From contig CBDEFM010000002.1 in the NCBI GenBank assembly GCA_965237415.1, positions 3,392,001-3,456,000 of the forward strand: a stretch of 64,000 nucleotides of DNA, written 5' to 3'. The notes under the pieces were generated by a model. It was not told where the DNA came from. It worked only from the letters and a program-made list of their open reading frames with translations, and searched no databases. The position numbers and the translations under genes are program-made. This stretch comes from Alphaproteobacteria bacterium (GTDB lineage: Bacteria > Pseudomonadota > Alphaproteobacteria > UBA828). Numbering within the stretch: the stretch's first letter is position 1; the number at the start of each line of letters is the position of its first letter. Positions 1-9,406 of this stretch are shown one piece after another.

Positions 1-1025
1 AGGCTCTCGCCGAGCGCCAGTGCCCGGGAAGCCCAGCTGTGTCTGAGGTCGTGAAGCCGCACGTCCTCAAGCCCGGCTCGTTTCCTGACGCGATACCATT
101 GGGTGCTGATGTTGGACAGGCGCCCGCCCGGCCTTTGACCCAGGGATTGCCCGGAACGCGGGGAACGGCCGCGAGCACCTCCCCTGACCGTCGGCGTCAA
201 CGGCACCGACCGCGGGCCCGTCTTGCCATCGCGGATGCGGAGCTCACCCGCCGTCCGGTCCACATCGTCCCACCGCAGGGACAGTACCTCGTTCAGCCGG
301 CAGCCGGTGAGCATCAACAGGCGGATGGCCGCCACCGCGTACACCGATGCGCCGCCCTCGGCCTCGGCCTGGTCCAGCACCTCGCCGAGACGGCGGGTCT
401 CGTCCGGTGAGAGGAAACGCTCGCGTTTCCTCTCCTTGTAACGGCGCACGGTGCGGCGGGGGTTGGAGCCGGCCGACCGCAGCTCCCAAGCCTCGGCCAG
501 AGAGAGCATCTTGCTCAGAATGTCGATCACTCGGTTGGCCGTGACGGGCTTGCTTCGAAGCGCGTAGTGAAGGGGCGAGACATGGGCGGGTTCAACCGCG
601 CGGACGGGCATGGCACCCAGGGCGGGAAGAATGTGTTTGTCGAGGGCGAGGCTGTAGAATCCGGCAGTGGCCGGCTTGCAGTTGACCTCCACATGGGCGC
701 GCATGAATCTCTCGGCGAGGTCGGCCACGGTAGGTTCGGGTTGGGCCGGCGCGGGCACCGGGTCCTCGCCGCGCTTGATGCGATCGATGATGGCGGCGGC
801 CTGCTTGCGGGCCTCATCGGCCGTGATCGTTCCATGCTGCCCGATGGTGACGCGCTGCGACCCATTGGGCCCCCGGCATTGGACGACATAGGACTTCCGT
901 CCGGAGGGGTAGACTCGGACACCGACGCCGGGAAGGTCACGGTCCCAGTAGAGAGCATCGCTTCCGTCGGCGGGAAGGGCGTGGACGGCGCGCTTGGCGA
1001 TGGTACGGTGGTGTGGTCGCGGCAT
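1..1025 (-). CDS. Tyrosine recombinase/integrase with N-terminal arm-binding domain (runs off window start)
   Basis: Manual translation from ATG 1025: MPRPHHRTIAKRAV...WDRDLPGVGVRVYPSGRKSYVVQ (Arm-DNA-bind type), LLMLTGCRLNEVLSLRW, DGKTG, EDVRLHDLRHSWAS. Confidence 0.93.
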   Translation of the reverse strand, partial: MPRPHHRTIAKRAVHALPADGSDALYWDRDLPGVGVRVYPSGRKSYVVQCRGPNGSQRVTIGQHGTITADEARKQAAAIIDRIKRGEDPVPAPAQPEPTVADLAERFMRAHVEVNCKPATAGFYSLALDKHILPALGAMPVRAVEPAHVSPLHYALRSKPVTANRVIDILSKMLSLAEAWELRSAGSNPRRTVRRYKERKRERFLSPDETRRLGEVLDQAEAEGGASVYAVAAIRLLMLTGCRLNEVLSLRWDDVDRTAGELRIRDGKTGPRSVPLTPTVRGGARGRSPRSGQSLGQRPGGRLSNISTQWYRVRKRAGLEDVRLHDLRHSWASRALALGES

Positions 1026-1351
1026 GGTGTGCCCCGATGTGTCGCATGTGTCTTCCCGCTTCCGGCGGCGAGTAAACGAACCGCAAGCGGGTGATATCCA
1101 GCGTGCGGGTATTGGAGCGTAGGATTGTGACGAGCGCACGGGAAAATTGGGCCGGGGCGGAAGCGAAAGATGCGACAAAACAGTTAGTTATCGTATCTAC
1201 GCGTGCTGCAGCGTGCTCGTGACACAGAGGGATATCGCGGAATCACATTTATATCCCTCAGGCGCCGGGCGCTCGCCTCGCGGTCGCCGCAGGCGGCGTC
1301 TATAGTAGCCACGCGGCTGCAATGACCGGCGGGAGGACGCGAACCACTGCG

Positions 1352-2242
1352 ATGAGCGCCCAGTTCTACGTCGTACTCGAAGACCGCGGGGTCGTTTCCG
1401 TCGACGGCCCCGAGGCCGGGCCCTTCCTCCAGGGGCTGATCTCCAACGATATCGAGCGCGTAACCGACGCGCGCGGCATCTACGCAGCGCTGCTCACGCC
1501 GCAAGGCAAGTATCTGCACGATTTCTTCGTGCTGCGCAGGGGCGAAGGCTACCTGCTCGACTGCGAAGGGCCGCGCACCGGCGATCTCGGACGCCGGCTG
1601 TTGGCTTACCGGCTGCGCGCCGATGTCGCACTTGCCGACGCCACCGAGGATTTCCGGGTGATCGCGCTCTTCGGCCAAGGGGGCGGCGACGCCGCGTTCG
1701 ACCTGCCGTCCGGCGAAGGCAGCGCGGCACTCTTGGAGGGCGGCTGGGTCATGCGCGACCCCAGGGGCGTGGCGCTGGGGCTCCGCGCGGTCTTGCCCGG
1801 CGACGCAGACCTCGCGTTCTTGGAGCAAGCGGGCTTCGCCCGCGGCAGCCCCGCCGACTACGAGCGCCACCGCATCGCCCACGGCGCGCCCGACGGCAGC
1901 CGCGACATGGAGGTCGGCAGGGCGACACTGATGGAGTGCGGCTTCGAGGCGCTCAACGGCGTCGATTTCGAAAAGGGCTGCTATGTCGGCCAGGAGCTCA
2001 CGGCGCGGACCAAGCACCGGGGCCTCGTGCGCCGGCGCTTGGCAGTCGTAACGCTCGACGGGCCGCTGCCGCCAGCCGGCACGCCGATCGTGGCGGGCGA
2101 GCGTGAAGTGGGCGAGATCCGCTCCGGCCAGGGCGGGGCCGCGCTAGCGGTGCTTCGCCTGGAGAGGATCGCCGCCGCCGCCGAGGCGGGGACACCGCTC
2201 ACCGCAGGCGAAACGCGGGTTATTCCTCCCGACTCTCCCTGA
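1352..2242 (+). CDS. ygfZ: Folate-binding protein YgfZ (GcvT-like, Fe-S cluster repair)
   Basis: FLQGLISND, ALLTPQGK and KGCYVGQE signature. Confidence 0.95.
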   Translation: MSAQFYVVLEDRGVVSVDGPEAGPFLQGLISNDIERVTDARGIYAALLTPQGKYLHDFFVLRRGEGYLLDCEGPRTGDLGRRLLAYRLRADVALADATEDFRVIALFGQGGGDAAFDLPSGEGSAALLEGGWVMRDPRGVALGLRAVLPGDADLAFLEQAGFARGSPADYERHRIAHGAPDGSRDMEVGRATLMECGFEALNGVDFEKGCYVGQELTARTKHRGLVRRRLAVVTLDGPLPPAGTPIVAGEREVGEIRSGQGGAALAVLRLERIAAAAEAGTPLTAGETRVIPPDSP

Positions 2243-4913
2243 GCGGCCCTGCGCCCTTCGCGTGCGCGATGGCGGCCTGCGCTGCCGCGAGACGCGCAAC
2301 CGGCACGCGATAGGGGGAGCAAGAGACGTAATCGAGGCCGACCTCCTCAAAGAAATCGATCGACGCCGGGTCGCCGCCATGCTCGCCGCAGATGCCGAGC
2401 TTGAGGTCGGCGCGGGTGCGACGGCCGCGCTCCACGGCAATCTGCACGAGCTCGCCCACACCCTCGCGGTCGAGGCTCGCGAAGGGGTCGCACGCCAGAA
2501 TTCCGGCCCGCTCGTAGTCGCCGATGAAGCTCGCCGCATCGTCGCGCGAGATACCGAAGGCGGTCTGCGTCAGGTCGTTGGTGCCGAAGCTGAAGAACGC
2601 CGCGCTCTCGGCAATCTCGCCGGCGCGGAGCGCCGCACGCGGCAGCTCGATCATGGTGCCGATCGAATAGGCGATCTCAGCGCCGGTCTCCCCCTCCACC
2701 GCGCCGTGGATGCGTTCGATCGCGCCCTTGAGAATGTCGAGCTCGCGCTTGGTCGCCACCAGCGGAATCATGATTTCGAGCTCGACCGGCCGCTCGCCCC
2801 GGGCCTCGGCCGCCGCCTCGAAGATGGCACGCGCCTGCATCTCGTAGATTTCGGGATAGGAGATCCCGAGGCGGCAGCCGCGATGCCCCAGCATCGGGTT
2901 GATCTCGTGCAGCTGCGCGATGCGCCCGCGCAGGGCCTCCACCGCGACCCCGGCGGCGGCGGCAACGTCTGCGATCTCGGCGTCGGAGCGCGGCAGGAAC
3001 TCGTGCAGCGGGGGGTCGAGCAGGCGGATCGTCACCGGGAGCCCCGCCATGATGCGGAACAGCGCGGCGAAGTCGGCGCGCTGGGTCGGCAGCAGCTTTG
3101 CGAGCGCGGCGCGGCGGCCATCCCCGTCGGCGGCCACGATCATCTCGCGCACCGCGACGATGCGCTCGCCGTCGAAGAACATATGTTCGGTGCGACAAAG
3201 GCCGATCCCTTCGGCACCGAAGCGGAGCGCCGTCTCGGCATCGCCCGGCGTCTCGGCGTTGGTGCGGACGCCCAAGCGCCGCGCATCGTCCGCCCAGCCC
3301 ATGAGCGTCGTGAAATCGTCGGAGAGCGCGGGCTCGATCGTCGGCACCTCGCCCTCCAACAGCTCGCCGCTCGCGCCGTCGATGGTGACGACATCGCCCG
3401 CCGCGATCACCGTGTCGCCCGCCCGGCACAGCCGTGCCGCCTCGTCGATGCGAAGCTCTCCGACGCCGGTGATACACGGGCGTCCCATGCCGCGGGCCAC
3501 GACGGCGGCGTGGCTGGTCATGCCGCCCCGGCTGGTGACGATGCCCCGGGCAGCGTGCATGCCGTGGATGTCCTCAGGGCTGGTCTCGGTGCGCAGCAGG
3601 ATCACGGCCTCGCCGCGATTGGCGCGGTCCTCCGCCTCGTCGGCGTCGAAGACGACCTTGCCGCAGGCCGCACCCGGCGATGCCGGCAGGCCGCGCGCCA
3701 TCACCCGGCGGGGCGCTTCCGGGTCGAGGGTGGGGTGAAGCAGCTGCTCGAGCGCCAGCGGGTCCACCCGCGTGAGCGCCTCCGCCTCGTCCACCAGTCC
3801 CTCGCGCGCCATGTCGACGGCTATCTTGAGGGCCGCCTTGGCGGTGCGCTTGCCGGACCGCGTCTGGAGGATCCAGAGCGTGCCCCGCTGCACCGTGAAC
3901 TCGACGTCCTGCATGTCGCGGTAGTGGCGTTCGAGCCGCCCCATGACCGTCTGCAGGGCGGCGAAGGCCTCAGGCATCGCCCGCTCCATCGAGGGCCCTT
4001 CTGTGCCGCTTACCTCGCGTCCTGCCTCGCTCACCGCGCGCGGCGTGCGGATGCCGGCGACCACGTCCTCTCCTTGCGCGTTGATGAGATACTCGCCATA
4101 GAGCGCGGCTTCACCGGTCGACGGGTTCCGCGTAAACGCGACGCCGGTGGCGCAGTCCTCCCCCATGTTGCCGAACACCATGGCCTGCACCGTAACCGCC
4201 GTGCCCCAGTCGGCGGGAATGCCGTGCAGCCTGCGGTAGGTGACGGCGCGGGCGTTCATCCATGAATCGAGGACCGCGCGGATCGCGCCCCGCAGCTGCA
4301 CCCGCGCGTCTTGCGGGAAGTCGCTGCCGGTTTCGTCCCGCACCAGCGCCTTGTAAGCCTCGATCAGGCGGAACCAGTCGCCTGCCACCATCTCGGTATC
4401 GAGGCGGTAGCCCCGCGCCTCCTTCTCCTGCTCCAGCAGCTCCTCGAAGGCGCGGTGCTCGACGCCGAGCACGACATCGCCGTACATTTGGATGAGGCGG
4501 CGGTAGCTGTCGTAGGCGAAGCGGGCGTCGCCGCTCACCCGCGCGAGCCCATCCGCCGTCTCGTCGTTGAGGCCGAGATTGAGGACGGTGTCCATCATGC
4601 CGGGCATCGACGCGCGGGCGCCTGAGCGCACGGAGACGAGCAGCGTGTGATCCGGGTCGCCGAAGCCCGCGCTTGCGATCCCCTCGATATGGGCGAGGCC
4701 TGCCTCGATCTCCGCATCGAGGCCATCGGGCAGGGTGCGGCCTGCGTCGTAGTAGCTGTTGCAGAGCGCCGTCGTGATGGTGAAGCCGGGCGGGACAGGC
4801 AAGCCGATGGCGGCCATCTCGGCCAAGTTGGCACCCTTGCCGCCGAGCAGCGCGCGCATCCCGGCATTGCCGTCCGCCGCACCCCCGCCGAAGCGATAGA
4901 CCCAGCCGCCCAC
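2220..4913 (-). CDS. ppdK: Pyruvate, phosphate dikinase
   Basis: LLGGKGANLAEM, GGMTSHAAVVARG, GICGEHGGDP; 897 aa. Confidence 0.98.
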   Translation of the reverse strand: MGGWVYRFGGGAADGNAGMRALLGGKGANLAEMAAIGLPVPPGFTITTALCNSYYDAGRTLPDGLDAEIEAGLAHIEGIASAGFGDPDHTLLVSVRSGARASMPGMMDTVLNLGLNDETADGLARVSGDARFAYDSYRRLIQMYGDVVLGVEHRAFEELLEQEKEARGYRLDTEMVAGDWFRLIEAYKALVRDETGSDFPQDARVQLRGAIRAVLDSWMNARAVTYRRLHGIPADWGTAVTVQAMVFGNMGEDCATGVAFTRNPSTGEAALYGEYLINAQGEDVVAGIRTPRAVSEAGREVSGTEGPSMERAMPEAFAALQTVMGRLERHYRDMQDVEFTVQRGTLWILQTRSGKRTAKAALKIAVDMAREGLVDEAEALTRVDPLALEQLLHPTLDPEAPRRVMARGLPASPGAACGKVVFDADEAEDRANRGEAVILLRTETSPEDIHGMHAARGIVTSRGGMTSHAAVVARGMGRPCITGVGELRIDEAARLCRAGDTVIAAGDVVTIDGASGELLEGEVPTIEPALSDDFTTLMGWADDARRLGVRTNAETPGDAETALRFGAEGIGLCRTEHMFFDGERIVAVREMIVAADGDGRRAALAKLLPTQRADFAALFRIMAGLPVTIRLLDPPLHEFLPRSDAEIADVAAAAGVAVEALRGRIAQLHEINPMLGHRGCRLGISYPEIYEMQARAIFEAAAEARGERPVELEIMIPLVATKRELDILKGAIERIHGAVEGETGAEIAYSIGTMIELPRAALRAGEIAESAAFFSFGTNDLTQTAFGISRDDAASFIGDYERAGILACDPFASLDREGVGELVQIAVERGRRTRADLKLGICGEHGGDPASIDFFEEVGLDYVSCSPYRVPVARLAAAQAAIAHAKGAGPLRESREE

Positions 4914-4964
4914 GGCCTAGTGTCCTGCCCCGAACGTACCTATCGGCAGAGCTACCCTTCTATC

Positions 4965-5069
4965 GTCATGGCCGGGCTTGTCCCGGCCATCCACGGGGAC
5001 GCACGGCCTCGCCCGGCGCGACGAGATGCCCGGATACCCGGAACGAGTCCGGGCATGTCCGGGCATGAC
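4965..5069. repeat. REP/REPIN-like double-hairpin palindromic element
   Basis: GTCATGGCCGGGCTTGTCCCGGCCATCCAC...GAGATGCCCGG...GTCCGGGCATGAC; a related copy lies at 7273-7365. Confidence 0.85.
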
Positions 5070-5111
5070 GAGAAGGGGGATGCTGGAAGCAGTCTGTTTC
5101 CGGGCCACGGC

Positions 5112-7187
5112 TCAGCCCTCGATCTTCGAGAAGTCGGCGACGAGATCCAGCGTGAGACGGATACGCGACAGCATCAGCAACCTGTTGCGGCGGAGCGGGG
5201 GCTCCTCGCAATTTACTGTGACGCCATCAAAAAACGCGTCGACCGGGGCGCGCAACATTGCCATGGCCGCCATCGCCTCCTCGAACACTTCGCGCCTGAG
5301 CGCGTTGTCCGAGCGGACGATAGCCTTGTTGATACACTTGTAGAGGACGTGTTCCTCCGCTTCGACGAAGAGTGATCGGTCCTCCGCCCCGTGATAGCGC
5401 TCGCCGTCTTTTTTCTCCTCGATACGGAGGATGTTGGCTGCGCGGCGGTAGGCGGTGAGCAGGCTGGCACCATCCTCAGTGTCGAGAAAGTGCTCCAACG
5501 CGTTGACTCGCGCTAGTAGACGTACCAGGTCGTCCTCGTCACCCGTACCGAAGACTGCGCTCACCAGATCGTGGCGCTTACCCTGATCGCGCAGATGCAC
5601 TCTGAGCCGATCGGCGATGAAGGCGAGCAACGCAGGCCACTTATCCGCAATATTTGGCGCCTCCGGCAACATCACGCTGTAGCCAGCGAACGCGTCGTTC
5701 AGCACATGCTTGAGGGGCAGCCGCAGCCGGTTCTCGACGATGAGGCGGATCACGCCCAGAGCGGCGCGGCGCAGCGCGAAAGGGTCCTTGGAGCCGGTCG
5801 GCCGCTCGTCGATGGCGAAAAACCCGGCCAGCGTATCGAGCTTGTCGGCGAGCGCCACCGCGACGCTCTCCGGCGCCGTCGGACACGATTCGCCCGGGCC
5901 TCGCGGCGCGTAGTGTTCGGCGATGGCCTCGTAGACTGCCTGCACTTCACCGTTCTTCCACGCATAGTAGCGGCCCATGATGCCCTGGAGATCGGGGAAC
6001 TCGCCCACCATCTCGGTCACGAGATCGGCCTTGCAGAGAATGCCGGCGCGTGTTGCCTGGTTTGGATCGGCACCCGCGACCCTCGAACAGAGCGAGCGTG
6101 CGAGTGCCGCGATGCGCTGCGCCTTCTCGGCCATGGAGCCGAGGCGCGCGTGGAAGACGACGCCTTCCAGCGCTGGCAAGTATTCTTCCAGTTTCTTGCG
6201 CTGATCCTGGTCCCAGAAGAAGCGCGCATCGGCGAGGCGAGCGCGAAGCACCCGCTCGTTGCCGGCGATGACGGCGGCAGAATCGTTCTCGGTCTCGATA
6301 TTGGCGACCATGACGAAGCGGGGCGCTGGCCGTCCATCCTTATCGAGTAGCCGGAAATAGCGCTGGTGGGTGCGCATGGCCGAGCGCAGCACCTCGGGCG
6401 GCAGGTCCATGAAGCGCGCGTCGATGCTGCCCATCAGCACCACCGGCCATTCCACGAGGCCGGCGTTCTCTCTCACCAGTTGATGGTCATGAGGAAACTC
6501 AAGTGTCTCACTTTGTGCCCGCGCGTTGGCCGTGTCCGCAATCTCGTTCGCCCGGGCCGGCCAATCCAGCATGACCTTGGCGTCTTCGAGCGTCGCCGCG
6601 TAGCTGGCCGCTTCGTCTATCGTAAGCGGCCCTAAGGAAAGGAAGCGGTGGCCTAGCGTTGTTCGCCCGCTCTCGACCGAGCCGAAGCGGAAGGGCACCA
6701 CGTCGCTATCCAGAAGGCAGAGGATGGAGCGGATGGGGCGCACCCAGCGCGTACCACTCTCCTCCCAGCGCATGGACTTGGGCCAGGAGACTGCGGCCAG
6801 CGCCTCCGGCAGCAGGTCAGCGAGGAGATCGCCGGTGGGGCGTCCCTTCTCTTGGGTGACCGCGAACCAGACCGGCCCCTTGGGCGTCTCCCGCTGCTCG
6901 CAGTCTTCCAATGTGAGGCCGGTGGACTTGAGGAAGCCCTGGATGGCCTTCTCCGGAGCGTCCACGCGCGGCCCCTTGCGCTCGACCGTGATGTCGGGCT
7001 GTACCGCCGGCACGCCGCGCACGAGCAAGGCAAGGCGGCGTGGCGTGGCGAAGGTCTCCGGCTTCTCGAACGTGAGCCGCGCCGCTTCGAGCCGGGAGCA
7101 GACCTGCTTCTCAAGCTCCCTCGCCCCGCGCGCCTGCATGCGCGCCGGGATTTCCTCGGAGAGCACCTCCAACAGCAGGTCAGGCAT
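5112..7187 (-). CDS. glyS: Glycine--tRNA ligase beta subunit
   Basis: MPDLLLEVLSEEIPARMQ, WPKSMRW, PTGSKDPFALRRAALG, DFSKIEG. Confidence 0.97.
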   Translation of the reverse strand: MPDLLLEVLSEEIPARMQARGARELEKQVCSRLEAARLTFEKPETFATPRRLALLVRGVPAVQPDITVERKGPRVDAPEKAIQGFLKSTGLTLEDCEQRETPKGPVWFAVTQEKGRPTGDLLADLLPEALAAVSWPKSMRWEESGTRWVRPIRSILCLLDSDVVPFRFGSVESGRTTLGHRFLSLGPLTIDEAASYAATLEDAKVMLDWPARANEIADTANARAQSETLEFPHDHQLVRENAGLVEWPVVLMGSIDARFMDLPPEVLRSAMRTHQRYFRLLDKDGRPAPRFVMVANIETENDSAAVIAGNERVLRARLADARFFWDQDQRKKLEEYLPALEGVVFHARLGSMAEKAQRIAALARSLCSRVAGADPNQATRAGILCKADLVTEMVGEFPDLQGIMGRYYAWKNGEVQAVYEAIAEHYAPRGPGESCPTAPESVAVALADKLDTLAGFFAIDERPTGSKDPFALRRAALGVIRLIVENRLRLPLKHVLNDAFAGYSVMLPEAPNIADKWPALLAFIADRLRVHLRDQGKRHDLVSAVFGTGDEDDLVRLLARVNALEHFLDTEDGASLLTAYRRAANILRIEEKKDGERYHGAEDRSLFVEAEEHVLYKCINKAIVRSDNALRREVFEEAMAAMAMLRAPVDAFFDGVTVNCEEPPLRRNRLLMLSRIRLTLDLVADFSKIEG

Positions 7188-7272
7188 GGCTCATGCTCGC
7201 AGGTGTGCTGTTACTGAAGTACGCAAAATTCCTGTTAGGGCGTGCGACCTCTCCGGCCCTGCCACTCTCGTC

Positions 7273-7365
7273 GTCATGCCCGGACTTGTTCCGGGCATCT
7301 CCCTCAACCTCGTCGGTCGGACGTTGGGCACACACGTGGATGGCCGGAACGAGTCCGGCCATGAC
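7273..7365. repeat. REP/REPIN-like double-hairpin palindromic element
   Basis: GTCATGCCCGGACTTGTTCCGGGCATCTC...GTGGATGGCCGGAACGAGTCCGGCCATGAC, inverted relative to the 4965 copy. Confidence 0.85.
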
Positions 7366-7412
7366 GTGGTCGGGACACCGTGCAGGCGCATGAGAATTTC
7401 TCGAACAGGACA

Positions 7413-8285
7413 CTAGGCGGCCCCCGCCAGCCAGGCCTCGCAGCAGGCCTTGGCCAGTGCACGCACGCGCCCGATATAGGCCGCGCGCTCGACCACGCTG
7501 ATCGCGCCGCGCGCATCCAGCAGGTTGAAGAGGTGACTGGCCTTCATGCACTGGTCGTAGGCCGGCAAGGCCAGCGGCGGGTCTGTCGCGAGCAGGGCGG
7601 TGCACTCGGCCTCCGCATCGTCGAAGTGGCTTCGCAGGCGCTCGACATCGGCATGCTCGAAATTGAAGGCCGAGAATTCGCGCTCGGCCCGCAGGAACAC
7701 GTCGCCGTAGCGGGTGCCATGCCCGTCCCAGTCGAGGTCGTACACGTTGTCGACGCCCTGGACGTACATGGCGAGGCGTTCCATGCCGTAGGTAAGCTCG
7801 ACCGGCACCGGGTCGCAGTCGATGCCCCCCACCTGCTGGAAGTAGGTGAACTGGGTCACCTCCATCCCGTCGCACCAGACCTCCCAGCCGAGACCCCAGG
7901 CGCCGAGCGTGGGGCTCTCCCAGTCGTCCTCGACGAAGCGGATGTCGTGGGCGTGAACGTCGATTCCAAGCATCTCCAGGCTGCCCAAATACTGGTCCTG
8001 TACGTCCTCGGGCGCGGGCTTCAGGATCACCTGGAACTGGTAGTAGTGCTGGAGCCTGTTGGGGTTCTCGCCGTAGCGCCCGTCGCCGGGCCGGCGGGAG
8101 GGCTGCACGTAGGCCGCACGCCAGGGATCGGGCCCCAAGCTGCGCAGCGTCGTCGCGGGATGGAAGGTGCCGGCGCCGACCTCCATGTCGTAGGGCTGCA
8201 GGATGACGCAGCCGCGCTCCGCCCAATAGGCCTGCAGGCCAAGGATGAGCGACTGGAACGACCGGTCGCGTCGAGTGGCGTCCAT
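7413..8285 (-). CDS. glyQ: Glycine--tRNA ligase alpha subunit
   Basis: [45 protein letters not shown]. Confidence 0.98.
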   Translation of the reverse strand: MDATRRDRSFQSLILGLQAYWAERGCVILQPYDMEVGAGTFHPATTLRSLGPDPWRAAYVQPSRRPGDGRYGENPNRLQHYYQFQVILKPAPEDVQDQYLGSLEMLGIDVHAHDIRFVEDDWESPTLGAWGLGWEVWCDGMEVTQFTYFQQVGGIDCDPVPVELTYGMERLAMYVQGVDNVYDLDWDGHGTRYGDVFLRAEREFSAFNFEHADVERLRSHFDDAEAECTALLATDPPLALPAYDQCMKASHLFNLLDARGAISVVERAAYIGRVRALAKACCEAWLAGAA

Positions 8286-8387
8286 CGAAGGTCAGCGGGT
8301 CGGATGAATGGGCGGGCGGACAATGCCCCCCGCCAAGGCAGCGGTCAACCGCGCGAACTCCCCGCGGTTGCCGCGGAAGCGCGTGCG

Positions 8388-8540
8388 TTAGCGGTTGTTA
8401 TCGTCGATGTTCTGGTGCTCCTCGTGCTCGAGCGGCTCGGGGGCCCTGGCCTTGGCGCGCACCCGGCCGATCGCCTTGAAGCCGAACCAGACGGCCCCAA
8501 TCACCACCACGAGGATAAGCAGCTTCATCGGGCTGAACAT
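8388..8540 (-). CDS. Small single-TM membrane protein (50 aa; not in ORF track)
   Basis: MFSPMKLLILVVVIGAVWFGFKAIGRVRAKARAPEPLEHEEHQNIDDNNR with GGGAG RBS upstream. Confidence 0.75.
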   Translation of the reverse strand: MFSPMKLLILVVVIGAVWFGFKAIGRVRAKARAPEPLEHEEHQNIDDNNR

Positions 8541-8680
8541 GTCTCACGCTCCCATCGCACAACGAACCACGCGGCGCCAGACGCAGGCGCGCCGTTCCTA
8601 TTGCCGGTGACTCTGAAGCCCCCGAGCGGGCAGGTCAAGCATTGTCTCGGGGTGCTCGACCGACGGGATTGACGCTGCAC

Positions 8681-9406
8681 ATGCCAGCAGCCATCGTCCG
8701 CCCCGTGCCGCCCGTCCTCAGCATCGTGATCCCGACCCTCGACGCCGCCGGTGTTCTCGGCGCGACCCTTGCCGATGCGGCGCCCGGGATCGTGCGGCTG
8801 GCCGAACGCGGGACCGAGGTCGAGGTCGTGGTCGCCGACGGCGGCTCGCGGGACGGCACCGCCGATGAAGCCCGCCGGCACGGGGCGCGGCTTCTCGAAG
8901 CAGAAGCCGGGCGCGGCCGGCAGCTCGCGGCCGGCGCGGCCGCCGCCGGGGGTGCGTGGCTGCTCTTCCTCCACGCCGACACGCGCCCTGCACCCGGCTG
9001 GGATGAGGAGGTGAGCGCTTTCATCGCCGCACCTGGCAACCAGAGCCGGGCCACCTGCTTCCGCTTCGCCCTCGACGACCGAGGCACCGCCGCGCGGTTG
9101 CTGGAACGGCTTGTGGCGCTCCGCTGCCGTCTCTTCGCGCTCCCCTACGGCGACCAGGGGCTCTTGATCCACCGCAGCCTCTACGACGCACTCGGCGGCT
9201 TCCGCCCGTTGCCGCTCATGGAGGATGTCGATCTCGTGCGCCGGATCGGCCGAAAGCGCCTCACCTATTTGACGACACCGGCGGTCACCTCGGCCGTGCG
9301 CTATCGGCGCGCAGGCTACGCATCGCGCATGGCGCGCAACCTTTGCTGCCTGCTGCTCTTCTCCTTAGGGGTGCGGGCCGAGACGGTGGCCAGGCTCTAC
9401 GGATGA
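8681..9406 (+). CDS. GT2 glycosyltransferase, TIGR04283 family
   Basis: LSIVIPTLD, VADGGSRDGT, LLFLHADT, PYGDQGL, PLMEDV. Confidence 0.9.
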   Translation: MPAAIVRPVPPVLSIVIPTLDAAGVLGATLADAAPGIVRLAERGTEVEVVVADGGSRDGTADEARRHGARLLEAEAGRGRQLAAGAAAAGGAWLLFLHADTRPAPGWDEEVSAFIAAPGNQSRATCFRFALDDRGTAARLLERLVALRCRLFALPYGDQGLLIHRSLYDALGGFRPLPLMEDVDLVRRIGRKRLTYLTTPAVTSAVRYRRAGYASRMARNLCCLLLFSLGVRAETVARLYG

